Positions 1 to 12,600 of a stretch of DNA of 64,000 nt are shown here, in pieces; the first letter of the stretch is position 1; every line of letters begins with the position of its first letter. Position numbers and translations under genes: made by a program. Below the pieces are notes generated by a model that saw nothing but the letters and a program-made list of their open reading frames with translations, was not told where the DNA came from and searched no databases. Source of the stretch: Oculina patagonica (Eukaryota); contig NC_135769.1 of the NCBI RefSeq assembly GCF_052425735.1, positions 17,980,001 through 18,044,000 of the forward strand, written 5' to 3'.

Positions 1-504
1 GCTGTTCTTGGAATAATTCACGGCGCTACAGAAGTCATAGAACGAAGCACCATGGTTGTTATTGATCACATTTGCCATGTTATTTGGAAAAGAAAATCAG
101 CTCCTTGGGGAAGTTTTCGTACTCCTCGCCGCGAGAGACTAATGGCTGATATCGCTATCATGAGCATGTTGTTTGAATCAACTGCTATAGTGTCTGTTAA
201 CGGATTTTTGTACTTGCACCAATTTATTTACTTACAAAACGATTCCCCTTTAAAGCTATTGCAGTCCTTTGCCATTCATACTTCAGTTTCTCTGGTGATC
301 GAATGGTTCTTCACCAGCGTTTCTCTAGCGATCGAGACTGTCATGGCTGTTTGGCGAAAAAGATGGAAAAGACACATTTTAGTGGCAATCGTAACTGCAG
401 TGTCAATAGCGTTGTGGGCTAGCACAAATCTTTTAGAAATTGTAAAAGAGCGCTTTGACGAGTTTTCAAATCAGCCTTGTAAAATGCCGTTTACTTCAAT
501 TTGA
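1..504 (+). CDS. 3' part of an uncharacterised multi-pass membrane protein family member (copy A), truncated by the window start; carries an in-frame 6-aa deletion (RYQNMA)
   Basis: The frame from base 1 reads AVLGIIHGATEVIERSTMVVIDHI...QPCKMPFTSI*, colinear with the C-terminus of the intact copies. It has AIETVMAV where the others have AIETRYQNMAVMAV. Confidence 0.75.
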   Translation, partial: AVLGIIHGATEVIERSTMVVIDHICHVIWKRKSAPWGSFRTPRRERLMADIAIMSMLFESTAIVSVNGFLYLHQFIYLQNDSPLKLLQSFAIHTSVSLVIEWFFTSVSLAIETVMAVWRKRWKRHILVAIVTAVSIALWASTNLLEIVKERFDEFSNQPCKMPFTSI

Positions 505-752
505 GACTGTAAAGTTTGAGGTGTGATACATCCGCCTTCCCTTTTATTAAACAGTTTGTTTTAAACCAACCAAAAAAAAGGTTTTCAAACAATGCAAAAA
601 TAATATTAATGTTTTAATTGATAAACTGCATGTAAGCTATAAGGTGTAATCCAGAGCAATAAAGAAGAATTGCAAGACAGTTGAAGATGTTTTCTTTCCG
701 GGGGATACTTCCGCTAGTGAGCTATACGGGGAGGCTCCAACCGAAAGGGGTA

Positions 753-1351
753 TAGGCTCTTACCGATAGTGCTCGTATAAAAGCATTAAATGCTTAAAAA
801 AGCAGTGCTTATTTTTTGCAACAAAGTGCTAAAATAATACTGATTTTTTTAAAAAGTGCTCGTGGGTTACATAAAAATGCTCATTTTTTTCCGTTTTTTT
901 TAAACATAGAATATTACATTTTTCAGATTTTCAGTTACATTTTTCAGCAACAAAATGTAACGATCAATGTTTGATGGCAGAGTACGCTCTCGAGCTATCT
1001 CTGCCTTGGATAGCTGACTTCCATTGTTCCTCGATAACAACGTGGATGACGCCATCTTAAAATGAGTGTGATGGACTGGGTTTCTAGGAGGCAACCGCTG
1101 ACCTATCAAACCTATTTCCCAGGCCTCCTCGGCTCCTTTGACTAAAATGATGGCAAAATCCATCTGGGAGGCTTTGGAATCCATAACTTAAGTCAGATTG
1201 TGCTTTTTAACACAAAATTATACAAATAATCAGTCGAAAATCCAAAATAATGCTAGCAGTGCTTTTTGGGATAAAATGTAAAAAAAAAAAAAATGCTCTC
1301 GAAGCCAAATAATGTCAAAAAAAAAGTGCTAGCACTATCGGTAAGAGCCTA
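753..1351. mobile_element. hAT-type non-autonomous element (MITE)
   Basis: TIR TAGGCTCTTACCGATAGTGCT...AGCACTATCGGTAAGAGCCTA with a perfect 8-bp TSD AAGGGGTA (745-752, 1352-1359). Confidence 0.85.
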
Positions 1352-1401
1352 AAGGGGTACCTTGTTCAGACTGGAGCTTCACAATAGTATGGGGTCTCTC
1401 G

Positions 1402-1423
1402 AGTAGTAGTAGTAGTAGTAGTA
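1402..1423 (+). repeat. (GTA)n microsatellite
   Basis: About 7 AGT units. Confidence 0.9.
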
Positions 1424-1826
1424 TAGGAAGGGGCTTCAGAAACTGCCAAGTAGTTTAACCCGGGTCGTCGGTTTACCAAGCGGGAGCCATCCCCACTTGG
1501 CCACCGACGACCGGTAGAAATTTTGGATAGAAATCCTAACCCTATTATAAAGGCTAACCGCAAGCGATCTAACTTGTCATCACTTGTTTCCACTTAGTCT
1601 GAAGCAATGCTTCGCAGTGATTTCCGTAGTTAAAGGGTCGTCAAAGGTTTTCAGATGAGACGTGACTCAAGTGAAAAGTTTAGAAAAGTGAAGCAAGGTG
1701 CTATTTTCTATACAAGGTATAGGGCAATAATGGTATATCTAAATGGGCAAGTATAAAACTTTGCTGGATTAACCCCTCCCGCACTCCCTTTCCGAGCTTT
1801 GTGTAAAAGATTCCGAGCAGCATTAA

Positions 1827-2392
1827 CCCATAACATGCTAAGCCCGAATTATTCCGGGATTTGGAGGAATGGCCATTCTGCCACTTATGACGTCACCAAT
1901 TTACACGTCAGCAGATTTTTGTGATTTGCATCTTATAGAGCTTGGATAGATCTTTCCACAGGACTGTCCATCTTCAATATTGACTGCATTCCGACAGAGC
2001 TAATCGAAAAAAACGCGATCAGTTTTTGGCGTAAAATTGGTGCTAAAACAGGCCAAAATACCCGTACTTGATCATGATCTCCTTTCCAGGGTTTTCCATT
2101 GATTCAGATCAAAAATTTTCATGCCAGTAGAAGAAGTGCACAGAGTAAAAGATAGAGAGAATGAGAAAGCAGAGAAAAACGAAAAGGAAAGGAGCAAGGT
2201 AAAAAAATCGGAACGGTTCAGCAAAAAAAAATATATATTGTACATTTTTACATGGAAATTACATCAAAATCTTCCTTCATTGTCAGAAAGTGCATTTTTA
2301 GCAAATTAAAAGAACTTTTGGACCGTGGAGCCAAGAAAATCGATTAACGGTTAAAAAACGCGTTTTTTGAACTAATTTCAGCATATTAAGGG
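1827..2392. mobile_element. piggyBac-like non-autonomous element
   Basis: TTAA|CCCATAACATGCT ... AGCATATTAAGGG|TTAA: CCC/GGG ends and a TTAA TSD. Confidence 0.65.
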
Positions 2393-2467
2393 TTAAATTT
2401 TACCGGCGATTTTTATCGCACGCTCAACTTGCTTTCAGTTCATCTCCTGTGATACTGTGATGATGTA

Positions 2468-2644
2468 CAGTCAACACTCTCTTAACGGACAACTCTATAG
2501 GACGGACACCTGGTGATGGTCCCGCCCCTGTCGTTTGTCAGTCATTTTACTGTTACCAAACTCCCTATAAGACGGAAACCTCTCTAATACAGACAGTGGG
2601 AGACGGTCCCGACGGTGTCCGTCTTATATAGAGAGAGTTGACTG
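2468..2644. mobile_element. Tc1/mariner (pogo-like) MITE
   Basis: TA|CAGTCAACACTCTC ... GAGAGAGTTGACTG|TA. Confidence 0.75.
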
Positions 2645-3529
2645 TAATCTCAATATAACACAGGTACGGTAAATCAAATTTACCATTACAATTAGAAAAC
2701 ACGTTTGTCGGGTTCATTTCAAAAGTATCTTGTTCGGCCTGCTGTGGTAAATTGCTTTAATAAAATAAAATAAATCCACGATAGCAAAATGCAACTGCCT
2801 CACTTATTGAATACTTTACCGCTAAATTTCTGCTCTTGTCTAGCTTGAATGCCATATAGAGTGGAGCCCTGTAGTAGTCCCGAAAGTATCGTCAGTATAA
2901 TACTGTGAATAAATAATTCAAACCTCTGTTTAGCGGCCACCTTTAATAAGCGATCTTTATTTCACATAAAGATCCTTATGTTAGCGATAATTTTTTCGCC
3001 ATATAAAATACGGACCTAAATATTTGATATTTCATAGTACATGTGACCAACACACTAAAAACCGATAGGCGTCAGCTTTATCGTCTATTTTGCCCTAATT
3101 TGTCAGGTTTTTGTTTCGTGTATTATTGATAAATCGATATTTTGCTTCGAGTTTCGAAGAGTTTCGAAACTATTCAGAGTTTGGTCTAGGAAGTAGAAAA
3201 ATTTGTGACAACTGTATTCCACTCTTCGGTAAGAAACTAAATGAAGGAGAAATTATCGTAAATGCTACTCAATAAAATTCTAATCTCTATACACATTGTT
3301 CTCTATTTGCTAAAAAAATGTTCTAAATGAACGGCTGAAAGTCGCAGCGTCGCGTATTTTTCAGCAGAGTCTATCTGACCATATCAATTCAAACAAAAAC
3401 TCTACATGTAATAGTCAAGAAAGGTAATAATTATATTGAGGATCGACTACATCTAATAACTGAGACCAATCAAAAGCAGGGACGGGAAATTGATAAATTG
3501 TGATGAAACCCCATGGCCATCTAGATCCC

Positions 3530-5152
3530 TTACCTAAATGGCATTTCGCAAGGTTGGTTCAAGGATTCGTTAAAACGCCCATGAACAATTATTAGAAGGA
3601 ATGTACTAGTCCATAACGATACTAACGCCGCGGTTACAATTGCCACTGAAATGTGTCTTTTCCATCTTCTTCGCCAAACAGCCATGACAGCCATATTCTG
3701 GTAGCGAGTCTCGATCGCTAGAGATACGCTGGTGAAAAACCACTCAATCACCAGCTGAACTGAAGTTGTGATGGCAAAAGCTTGTAGTAACTTTAAAAAT
3801 GAATCGTTTTGTAAGTAAATAAATTGATATAAGTACAAAAAGCCGTTAACAGACACTATAGCAGTTGACTCGAACAACATGCTCATGATAGCGATATCAG
3901 CCATAAGTCTCTCACGGCGAGGAGTACGAAAACTTCCCCAAGGAGCTGATGTTCTTTTCCAGATCAGATGACAAATGTGGTCAATGACAACCATGGTGCT
4001 TCTTTCTAAGACTTCTGTAGCGCCGTGAATTATTCCAAGAATAACGATCGATTGTAAACTATCAAGATCTGCCTGTAAAACTCGAAACATAACCGCTGCT
4101 GTGCAATACAATGGCGCTAACAAGACATACGAATATCCCGGATGGGTAATGTTCCATAACCGCTGAACACATATTCGCGAGATGACTTTGAGCACGACTC
4201 CAATGAGAGGAGCGAAGAGTGCGATTACCAGGCGCATTTTGCCTTCCTTGCTTTGTTTGTTATACGCTGGGTAAATTATTTCAGCCACAGGAATGGCAAG
4301 AACTGCAACGGCGAAGGCAGGAACTTTTATTTTGAAGAAAAACTTCACCTGCCGTCTCATCGACAGTCGCTTGCAAAAGTGTTTTGTTATAAGATACACT
4401 TGGCAACATGTACTAAAAACGCTATTAACGTTAAGTGGAATTTTTTGCAATGTAGTAAGTTTGGAATGAGATATTCCTAGGGCTTGAAGAATCACTCGAT
4501 AAAGTGCATCTAAAACATATCCAAGAGAAAAAACTAGCATCAGTTTTCTTTTCACCCCCATTAACTGATATGGACGGAAAAGAAATAGCATAACCACGAA
4601 CGTCGAAGTGTGTAAAAAAGCAACGCAGATCATATCAGAGATAGATCTCAACCATTGCACTTTTACTGGAATGAACTCCTTTGGGTGGAATTGGCAGTTG
4701 TTTATAGTCTTATAACATAGATAGGAGATCAGCATGTATACTGAACCTATGATGGTAGCGGTTAGTAGTGAAATCAATGCTCCAATGTTCATTGATTTAC
4801 AAACTGTACGGAGGGCGGATGGTCTGAGTCGCTTCCAAGCCATTGCTTTATCTTCATCTTGCTGATCTCCCTGTGTTTCTTCGTTTACTTCTGTTGAGAA
4901 GGCATTTATAACTTGTATACTAAGATTGTTAGCCACAGGATAGTCCAGGTTTGTGATTTCTCTGTAGCTGTATTCTTGATAAATAAGCTCATCGACAGGA
5001 AGATAATTCCATTCTCGACCTGTGCTTTGTAGAGGATCGTAGCCAAAAGACTCTGCCGTGAATTCAGGTTCTTCTGGGTTTAAATGCTCTGTCACGCCTC
5101 GTGTAAAACTGAACACAATATGACCAACGACTTCTATCAGTGTACTGCTCAT
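3530..5152 (-). CDS. Uncharacterised intronless ~11-TM membrane protein, copy B (540 aa, divergent TM2-TM5 subtype)
   Basis: Uninterrupted 540-aa ORF, highly similar to 5 other intact ORFs in the window, with many hydrophobic segments. Confidence 0.9.
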   Translation of the reverse strand: MSSTLIEVVGHIVFSFTRGVTEHLNPEEPEFTAESFGYDPLQSTGREWNYLPVDELIYQEYSYREITNLDYPVANNLSIQVINAFSTEVNEETQGDQQDEDKAMAWKRLRPSALRTVCKSMNIGALISLLTATIIGSVYMLISYLCYKTINNCQFHPKEFIPVKVQWLRSISDMICVAFLHTSTFVVMLFLFRPYQLMGVKRKLMLVFSLGYVLDALYRVILQALGISHSKLTTLQKIPLNVNSVFSTCCQVYLITKHFCKRLSMRRQVKFFFKIKVPAFAVAVLAIPVAEIIYPAYNKQSKEGKMRLVIALFAPLIGVVLKVISRICVQRLWNITHPGYSYVLLAPLYCTAAVMFRVLQADLDSLQSIVILGIIHGATEVLERSTMVVIDHICHLIWKRTSAPWGSFRTPRRERLMADIAIMSMLFESTAIVSVNGFLYLYQFIYLQNDSFLKLLQAFAITTSVQLVIEWFFTSVSLAIETRYQNMAVMAVWRRRWKRHISVAIVTAALVSLWTSTFLLIIVHGRFNESLNQPCEMPFR

Positions 5153-5774
5153 CTTTGCTGCTTGGAGAACTAAAAAAGGCTTATATCCAACAAATCCGTG
5201 ATTGTTTTAAGTTACGTTTCCTTGATTGGTAAAGCCTGGAACTGTTAACTCCACGATAATGATCAGCAGCTCAGTGATAGCTAAGAATTTGAACTTCGTG
5301 TTTTTTGGCATTTTCTGCAGTACAAGCGCCTTTTTATATGTTTTTCACACGGAAATGTAGATTTCTTCGTTCGAACGAACATTGTAACCTCTTTTTCGGG
5401 AACATTTTAAAATAGAAAAATTCGCACTGAAACGAATTCCTTGCTCGACTGGTTAAGGGCAAGTCCCGAATATCTTATGAAAACTTTTGCTCTTTAATTT
5501 TCAACGGATCATCTCTTGTCTTTTCGTATACGGAGGCAAACTGATGATAAAACATACTAGCTGAGCAATAAAAATTCGCTTTCGAAAGCTATGCCACCTA
5601 GATTTTGAGTAAATAACTTTTGGTCACTTCTGCTCACTTTGGATCCACTTGGGGGTTACTTCGATAAGGTCCGGAACAAGCGACTCTTGGCTGAAATTCT
5701 TCTAACAATCTTCGGTTTCTCTATTCAGAAATTTCACCGATTTGTTTTCAGATTTATAACTGCTTAGTTAGTTC

Positions 5775-7150
5775 AAATTCTCTCGAACCTTTGTTGTTAT
5801 AGTTAGTACAGGAGAGAGATTCAACGAAAATAAGTCACGCCAGTGATAAGTGGAATCAGGTGATGATGTATAACCTACTGAATACTAATTATCTTATTGC
5901 TTTCGAAACATTGTTGTCGAAGTTTGTAGAAGGGAGTTTAATCACGCCAGTGATATAATAATGATAATAAAACCTTTATTTAAGTGTCAACTGAAATAGC
6001 AGTATATGACAACCGCTTAATGGGGACACTATAAAAGCTAAAATTCTAAAACATACTACAAATAAGGATTAGTTAAATCAGGCGATTAGCTATCTGATCG
6101 CTTTCGAAACTTTGTTGTGGAAGTTAGCAGAGGTTCAACGGAGTTAAATCACGCCAGTAATAAATTGAATCAGGTGATAATGTATGCTTTCCTGAACACT
6201 AATTAGTAGATCGTTTGCTTTCGAAACTTTGTTGTGGAAGTTTAACGGAGTTAAGTCACGCCAGTAATAAATTGAATCAGGTGATAATGTATGACTTCTT
6301 GAATACTAATTATCTGATTGCTTTCGATACATTGTTGTGGAAGTTAGTGGAGGTTCAACGGAGCTAAGTCAGGCTAGTAATGAATTGAATCAGGTGATAA
6401 TGAATGCTTTCCTGAATACTAATTATCAGATTGTTTGCTTTCGAAACTTTGTTGTCGCAGTAAGTAGAGGTTCAACTAAATAAAATCACGCCAGTAATAA
6501 ATTGAATCAGGTGATAATGTATGACTTCCTGAATACTAATTAGTAGATTGTTTGCTTTCTAAACTTTGTTGTCGAAGTTAGTAGAAGGGATTCACCGGAG
6601 TTTAATCACGTCAGTAATATAATAATAAAAATAAAACGTTTATTTCAGTGTCAACTGAAATAGCAGCATATGACAACCGCTAAATGGGGACACTATAAAA
6701 ATTTTAAAAAATTCTAAAACATACTAAAAATGAATTAGTTATATCAGGTGTTTAAGTATGACTTCCCGAATACTAATTATCTGATTGTTTGCTTTCGAAA
6801 CTTTGTTGTCGCAGTAAGCAGAGGTTCAACTAAGTTAAATCACGTCAGTAATAAATCGAATCAGGTGATAATGTATCGATAATGTATGGCTTCCTGAATA
6901 CTTATTAGTAGATTGACTGCTTTCGAAACTTTGTTGTCGAAGTTTAGTAGTCAAGGTTCAATGGAGTCAAGTCACGCCAGTAGTGAATTGAATCAGATGA
7001 TTAGGTATGAGTTCCTGATCGAATACTAATTATCTGATTGCTTTCGAAACTTGCCGTTGAAGTTAGCAATAGAGTTTCAGCGGAAGTTAGCTAGATCAGC
7101 ATATCAGGTGATCCAGTGATCAGTATGACTTCTTGCCCGCAGTAATGAAG
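5775..7150 (+). repeat. ~110-125 bp tandem satellite (TTCGAAACTTTGTTGT...CACGCCAGTAATAAATTGAATCAGGTGAT...CTGAATACTAATT)
   Basis: About 10 diverged units. Two units carry the same ~100-bp insert (5957-6060, 6620-6730), which looks like a reverse retroelement tail. Confidence 0.85.
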
Positions 7151-7994
7151 GGACGACCCCATACCTAATGAACTTGCTTATCGATATTAGTTCCTGTTTA
7201 TTTATTAAGTTTCGTTTTTTTAATTTCCCGCAAACTAGTTATTGATAATTATCTAATTAGGTGAAGGGAATACAATGGGACAATAGACTTACCCAGAGCA
7301 CAATAAATGATATGTAGTTAGTTTTTAACCCATAGTAAAGTATATTTTCCTGCAGATGTTGCGGTCGTAAATTTAACCGTGTGTTTATTCTCACAGCTAA
7401 GAACACACACATATACGAAATATAATATATAATAGAGAAAGAAGAAAAAGGAAGCCAAAAATCACATCAGTAAACTATTAGTAAACTATTAGAAGTAGGC
7501 CACTCAGTTAGCACATGATTGAAATCTGTGCAAGCGTATGTACGCGTACTGGAGTAATCTTTATTCATCCATAAACTACTATAAATTCAAAACAATATAA
7601 AAAAGCTATTACATAAACGATTTAGGCAGTCTTAAAGGATTGCAACGAAGGAGAGTTCTTTATTTTATTGGGTAATCCATTCCATAATGTAGCCCCACCA
7701 CACCCACCTTGCACTACTTACGCCGTAATGAGTGGATTTAGAACACGTAGTGTACATTTCAGTTCGATATTCAGGACACCTTTGTGAACGCTGTGCATTA
7801 TGTCGGTTACGTGCTTTTGTCGTCTAGTTTGGAGGTCCTCCCAATTTAGCACGCAACAAAGGGTCTGAGACCATACATTGTACGAAGTTCTGGTGATGAC
7901 CATGGCAGCCCTATTTTGTAATCTCAGTAGCCAGAGTAGCTTATCAGACAGCGTTTTTCCGACATTCTCCCACACTGGGCTGCAGTAGTCAAAA

Positions 7995-8394
7995 TGGAAT
8001 CAGCTCCCTCCTTACATCAACACTTGCCCAACTTGAGAGACTTTCGAAAGAACTTGGAGACATTTGACTTTTTTAACTTAGTGTCATTATTGTATATCAT
8101 GTAGATTTTAGCGACATGTTTTTAGTATAATTATTATATTTTAAGATTTTAATCAAGCGTGTAAGAATAAGTTTTAGTGTGGGTGGGTTAAAGTATCTGT
8201 ACATTTTTATATTTTTACTCATAATTATCGTAATTTTCTTTGTAATATTTAATTAGTTATTACTTATATTAGTTCCCTTTGTTTTTATACTTTATTTCAA
8301 TTACTGTCATGCGCTTTATACATGAGCCTCTGACTTGGATAGGGAAGGCAACTTCATGCTGCGTTATTATTGTGATAAATTGATTGATTGATTG
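7995..8394 (+). mobile_element. LINE 3' tail inserted in the opposite orientation
   Basis: Starts WNQLPPYI and ends in ATAAATT(GATT)n. An inverted copy is at ~26592-27148. Confidence 0.5.
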
Positions 8395-8420
8395 GTACTG
8401 CACCAAAGACTTATATACTG

Positions 8421-8924
8421 TTATAAAATAACTCAGATACTACGCGCGCTCTGATTGGTCAAACTGGTCAAAAAAACCTATGTACTATTGTACCGGTAAA
8501 CTCCCGCTTCTCGACATGGCCGTACCGCTACGCTCGACCATGCAGAAGCTAGGACGAAGAATTAAAAACGTAGTTTAATGTCGTCTTTTGCTCTAGGTGA
8601 TGGTTAAAACAGAGGATATGGTTCTCGTAAATGATCATTATGATAATTTTAATACTGAGGATGGATCACATAATTAAATTTTCCCGCCCACCACAGTTGG
8701 AGCGAAGAAACTACATAAAAACGAAAACGCAGAGACTAACATAACCTTATGAGAAGGAACAGAATGAACAGGTCCGAAAAGCTTGTAAAAAATGAACAGG
8801 TCGAAAAGCTTGTAAATCACTCGCATAACGGTTCGTGATTTACAAGCTTTTCTCGTGTTCTCCCAACATCCTGCGTGGTTTTATTACGCCAGTAAATCCC
8901 TAGAAAGTGCGATCTATTGCTTAA
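8421..8924. mobile_element. Unclassified ~500-bp insertion with a subterminal hairpin
   Basis: Absent from the paralogous site at ~26560-26580. Contains the hairpin AAAAGCTTGTAAATCAC...GTGATTTACAAGCTTTT (8804-8851). Confidence 0.6.
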
Positions 8925-9229
8925 TGATTAAATTATCGTCACTAACGTAGGGTCACACCCTCTTAATCATTCCTATCCCGGAAGGCATTTTCTTACAGAT
9001 TTCTTCCATGTGATTTGACCAGCATTTAGCATTTGATACAATTTCCCAGTTGGGAACCACCAATCTGTACCATTGGCATCATGTTAGGATCTTAGTGACA
9101 TTGACCGTTTGTAATTATAATCAACATGTATTCACTTTTCATAGAAAATCTCTACAGTGCTTAGTCATCAGTATGTCATTTTTCGGGGCAGTTTACAAAG
9201 TGCAGTCCTTGAGATCCCTCGATGTAATG

Positions 9230-10849
9230 TTATGTAAACGGCATTTTACAAGGTTGATTTAAGGGCTCTTTAAATTGCTCGTGTACCATAACTAAAAGAT
9301 TTACGCTAGTCCATATGCCTACTGACACAACAGTTACAATTGCCACTACAATGTGTCTTTTCCATCGTCTTCGCCAAACAGCCATATTCTGATAGTGAGT
9401 CTCGATCGCAAGAGAGACGCTGGTGAAAAACCACTCAATCACAAGCTGAACTGAAGTTGTGATGGCGAAAGCAGACTGTAATAGCTTTAAAAGGGAATCG
9501 TTTTGTAAGTAAATAAATTGATATAAGTACAAAAAGCCGTTAACAGACACTATAGCAGTTGATTCCGACAACATGCTCAAGATAGCGATATAAGCCATTA
9601 GTCTCTCACGGCGAGGGGTACAAAAACCTCCCCAAGGAGCTGAAGTTCTTTTCCAAATCACGTGACAAATGTGATCAATAACAACCATGGTGCTTCGTTC
9701 TAAGACTTCTGTAGCGCCGTGAATTATTCCAAGAATAGCGATGGATTGCAAACTGTCAAGATCCGCCTGTAAAACTCGAAAAATGAAAGCTGAAGCACAA
9801 TACAGCGGTGCTAATAGGATATAGGAATATCCCGGATGAGTAATGTTCCATAACCGCTGGACACAAATTCGCGAGATGACTTTAAGCACGACTCCAATGA
9901 GAGGAGCGAAGATTGCAATTACCAGGCGCATTTTGCTTTCCTTACTTTGCTCGTTATACGCTGGGTAAATCCAAGCGGCCGCAGAAATGGCAAGAATTAT
10001 AACAAATAAGATAGGAATTGTCATTTCCAAGAACAAAGTCACCTTCAGTCTCCTTGTCCGTCCCATACGGAAGTGATTCGTTAGAAAATAGGCTTGCCAA
10101 CATATAGCCATTACAAATAAAGCGTTGAGGGGAATCTTTTGCAAACCAGAAAGCTTGGAATGAGATATTCCCAGGGCTTGTAGAGCGACACGATAACATG
10201 TGTCCAAGAAATATACAAGGCAAGCAGCCAGGACCAGTTTTCTTTTCATTCCCATTATCTGATAAGGACGAAATAGAAGTAAAGTACATGTGAAGAACCA
10301 AGTGTAAAGAAAAGCACAAGAGATCACATCAAAAATTGATCTCGTCCATTGCACGTTTTCTGGAATGGACTTCTTAGGGTGAAATTCACAGTTGGTTATA
10401 GTCTTAAAAGACAGGTTGGAGATCGTCATGAATATTGAACCTATGATGGTAGCAGTTAGTAGTGAAATCAAAGATCCAATGTACATTGATTTACAGACTG
10501 TACGGAGAGCGGATGGTCTGAGTCGCTTTCAAGCCATTGCTCTATCTTCATCTTGCTTGTCTTCCTGTGTTTCTTCGTTTTCCTCTGGCGAACACGCGTC
10601 TATAACCCTTATATCAAGACGGCTAGACGCTAAATAATCCCAGCTTGTGACTTCCCTGTGGCTGTATTCTTGATAAATAAGCTCATCAACAGGGAGATAA
10701 TTCCATTCTCGACCTGTGCTTTCCAATGGATTGTAGCCGAAAGACTCTGTCGTGTATTCAGGTTCTTCTGGGTTGTAGCGCTCTGCCACGCCTCGTGTAA
10801 AACTGAACACGATCGGACCAAACACCTCTAACAGTGTAATTCCACTCAT
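9230..10849 (-). pseudogene. Family copy C with an in-frame nonsense codon (Trp107 TGG->TGA)
   Basis: ORFs 10529-10849 and 9230-10486 are in the same frame and together cover the full protein. It also has a 3-aa deletion (MAV) and a 1-aa insertion. Confidence 0.85.
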
Positions 10850-12600
10850 TGAGACCTGAACAAACGCTTACAGGTAACCGTAATTTCGGTGGTCATCTGC
10901 TCCTTATATTCTATTTTCACGCGGAAGTTTGAGTTTAGTTCTTTCTGCTCACTTCGGAACGTTAAAACACTCATTTCCGCTCGTTTCTAACCGCCCCTAA
11001 CGGCTACATTTAAGCCCTGTAAAAATGTACCAAAATAGACCAAAATTTCTAAAATGGGCCAAAATAACTGTTTAAAATGGGCTTAACCAATATCAATAGT
11101 CATTTTAATCATTCTTCCCATTTAGTCGAAATTGTCAACAAATAAAAAAAGTTAAATTAACCTTGTGTAATATGTGGTTTTAACCATTGATATCAGTCGC
11201 GATAACTCAAACTATTTAGATAAGCTTAAAAATTAAACGACTTAACTCATTAGCTATTGCAAGCATTTCAGATAGTTCAGAAACAAATGCAGTTTCTTCA
11301 TAATTTGAAGGTGAATCGAGGGCTGCCCAAAGGGCCTTTGATTTCTGTTTGTAATCGAGTTAGATAAGCTACCTAACTTAGTTCAACCGACAACAAGGTT
11401 GTGCAACAAAACAAAAGAAAACGCCGGTAAAAATGTGATCATTTTGCGATGTATAGTAGCTCGATTGATGACGAAAATAAACAATCTTTATTTTTTCAAC
11501 TGATGACGATTACACGTTCCAAACTGAAATATTTATAATAATTGTTAATAGCTGATATAACTATTTGAGTAAGTTCATTCAACTAGCATTGTAAGTACCG
11601 TGAAGTAGTTAAAATGACAGTTTTAAAAGTCATTATAACTACGACAGACCATAACAAAAAAAATTCCCAAATATACAAGCCAACATGCTTTACAATCCTT
11701 TAACCTTTTGCCAATAACTAAGAAGTCGACTGATACAAGATAAGAAACTTGAGATCATGCCCTCCCTCCCAACTTATCACTCCGTTCTTTTTTTCCCGCC
11801 CAATCGCAGGTTACAAGATACTATCGATACTCACGCTGGCAACACTTCTGTTCGGAAATACTGTCACGTATGAAATATCTCGGTAACTGAAACATGAGGG
11901 TCAAGTGAATAAAAATTTACTTTTTTGATGCACCAAGATTGAAAAATACAACAGTTGTCCAAATAATTATTTTTTGACAACTGTTTTCTTTATAAAATTT
12001 CCTCTATCCATGTAAATTGCAATGTAAAATAGAACTGGTTTCTTACCTTTGTCAGTTTAGCAAACAAATAATAATACGGGAGAAAATAAGACCCGTCTTA
12101 TCTAAGATGCGAGTAAATAAGTCGCGAGCTGATCGTATAAAAAGTACAAAATAAGCGTTCGTGTCTTAGTTTAGGCGCAACTTATCTAAGAACAAGGGTT
12201 TCGGCTGTTCTTATTTTTTCCGCGTCTTGAAAAACTGGCGTGAACTTCCTCGTATAAGTGCTTTCGCGTCCTACATAAGACGTGCACTATCAGTGCGCAT
12301 GCGTAACACAACATCAATGTGCAAATGTTTCTATTTTAAAATGTTCCTAAAAAAGAGGTTATAATTACATTGTTCGTTCGTACGAAGAAAATCTACACTT
12401 TCGAGTGAAAAACATATCAAAAGGCGCTTGTACTGCAGAAAATGCCAAAAAAAACCACGAGGTTCAAATTCTTACCTCTTCCTGAGCTTCTGATCATTAA
12501 CGTGGAGTTTACAGTTCCGGGTTTCTGTCATTAAGGAAAACTAACCTGAAACAATTAAGGATTTGTTGGTAAGCATTTTTTAGTTCTTTAAGCAGCAAAG

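Larger units (their letters stand above)
7610..9215 (-). mobile_element. Decayed LINE (CR1/L2-like) RT C-terminal fragment downstream of copy C, interrupted by later insertions
   Basis: Minus-strand translations give YKSLVQY, HFDYCS and WENVGKTLSDKL..RLQNRAAMVIT..LNWEDLQTRRQKH, typical of the region after the RT domain in CR1/L2 ORF2. Confidence 0.65.

Noticed and set aside
5775-7150. CRISPR-like periodicity
   Set aside because: Whole units repeat with no unique spacers, there are no cas genes, and the context is eukaryotic.
9954-10319. Recurring alternative-frame ORFs within the genes (also 15436, 21759, 45836)
   Set aside because: Shadows of the paralogous CDS, with inconsistent starts and stops.
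10529-10531. In-frame TGA as selenocysteine or a recoded Trp (also 59346-59348)
   Set aside because: The TGAs replace Trp and Gly by single substitutions in single copies. No SECIS was recognised, and K has a further frameshift.
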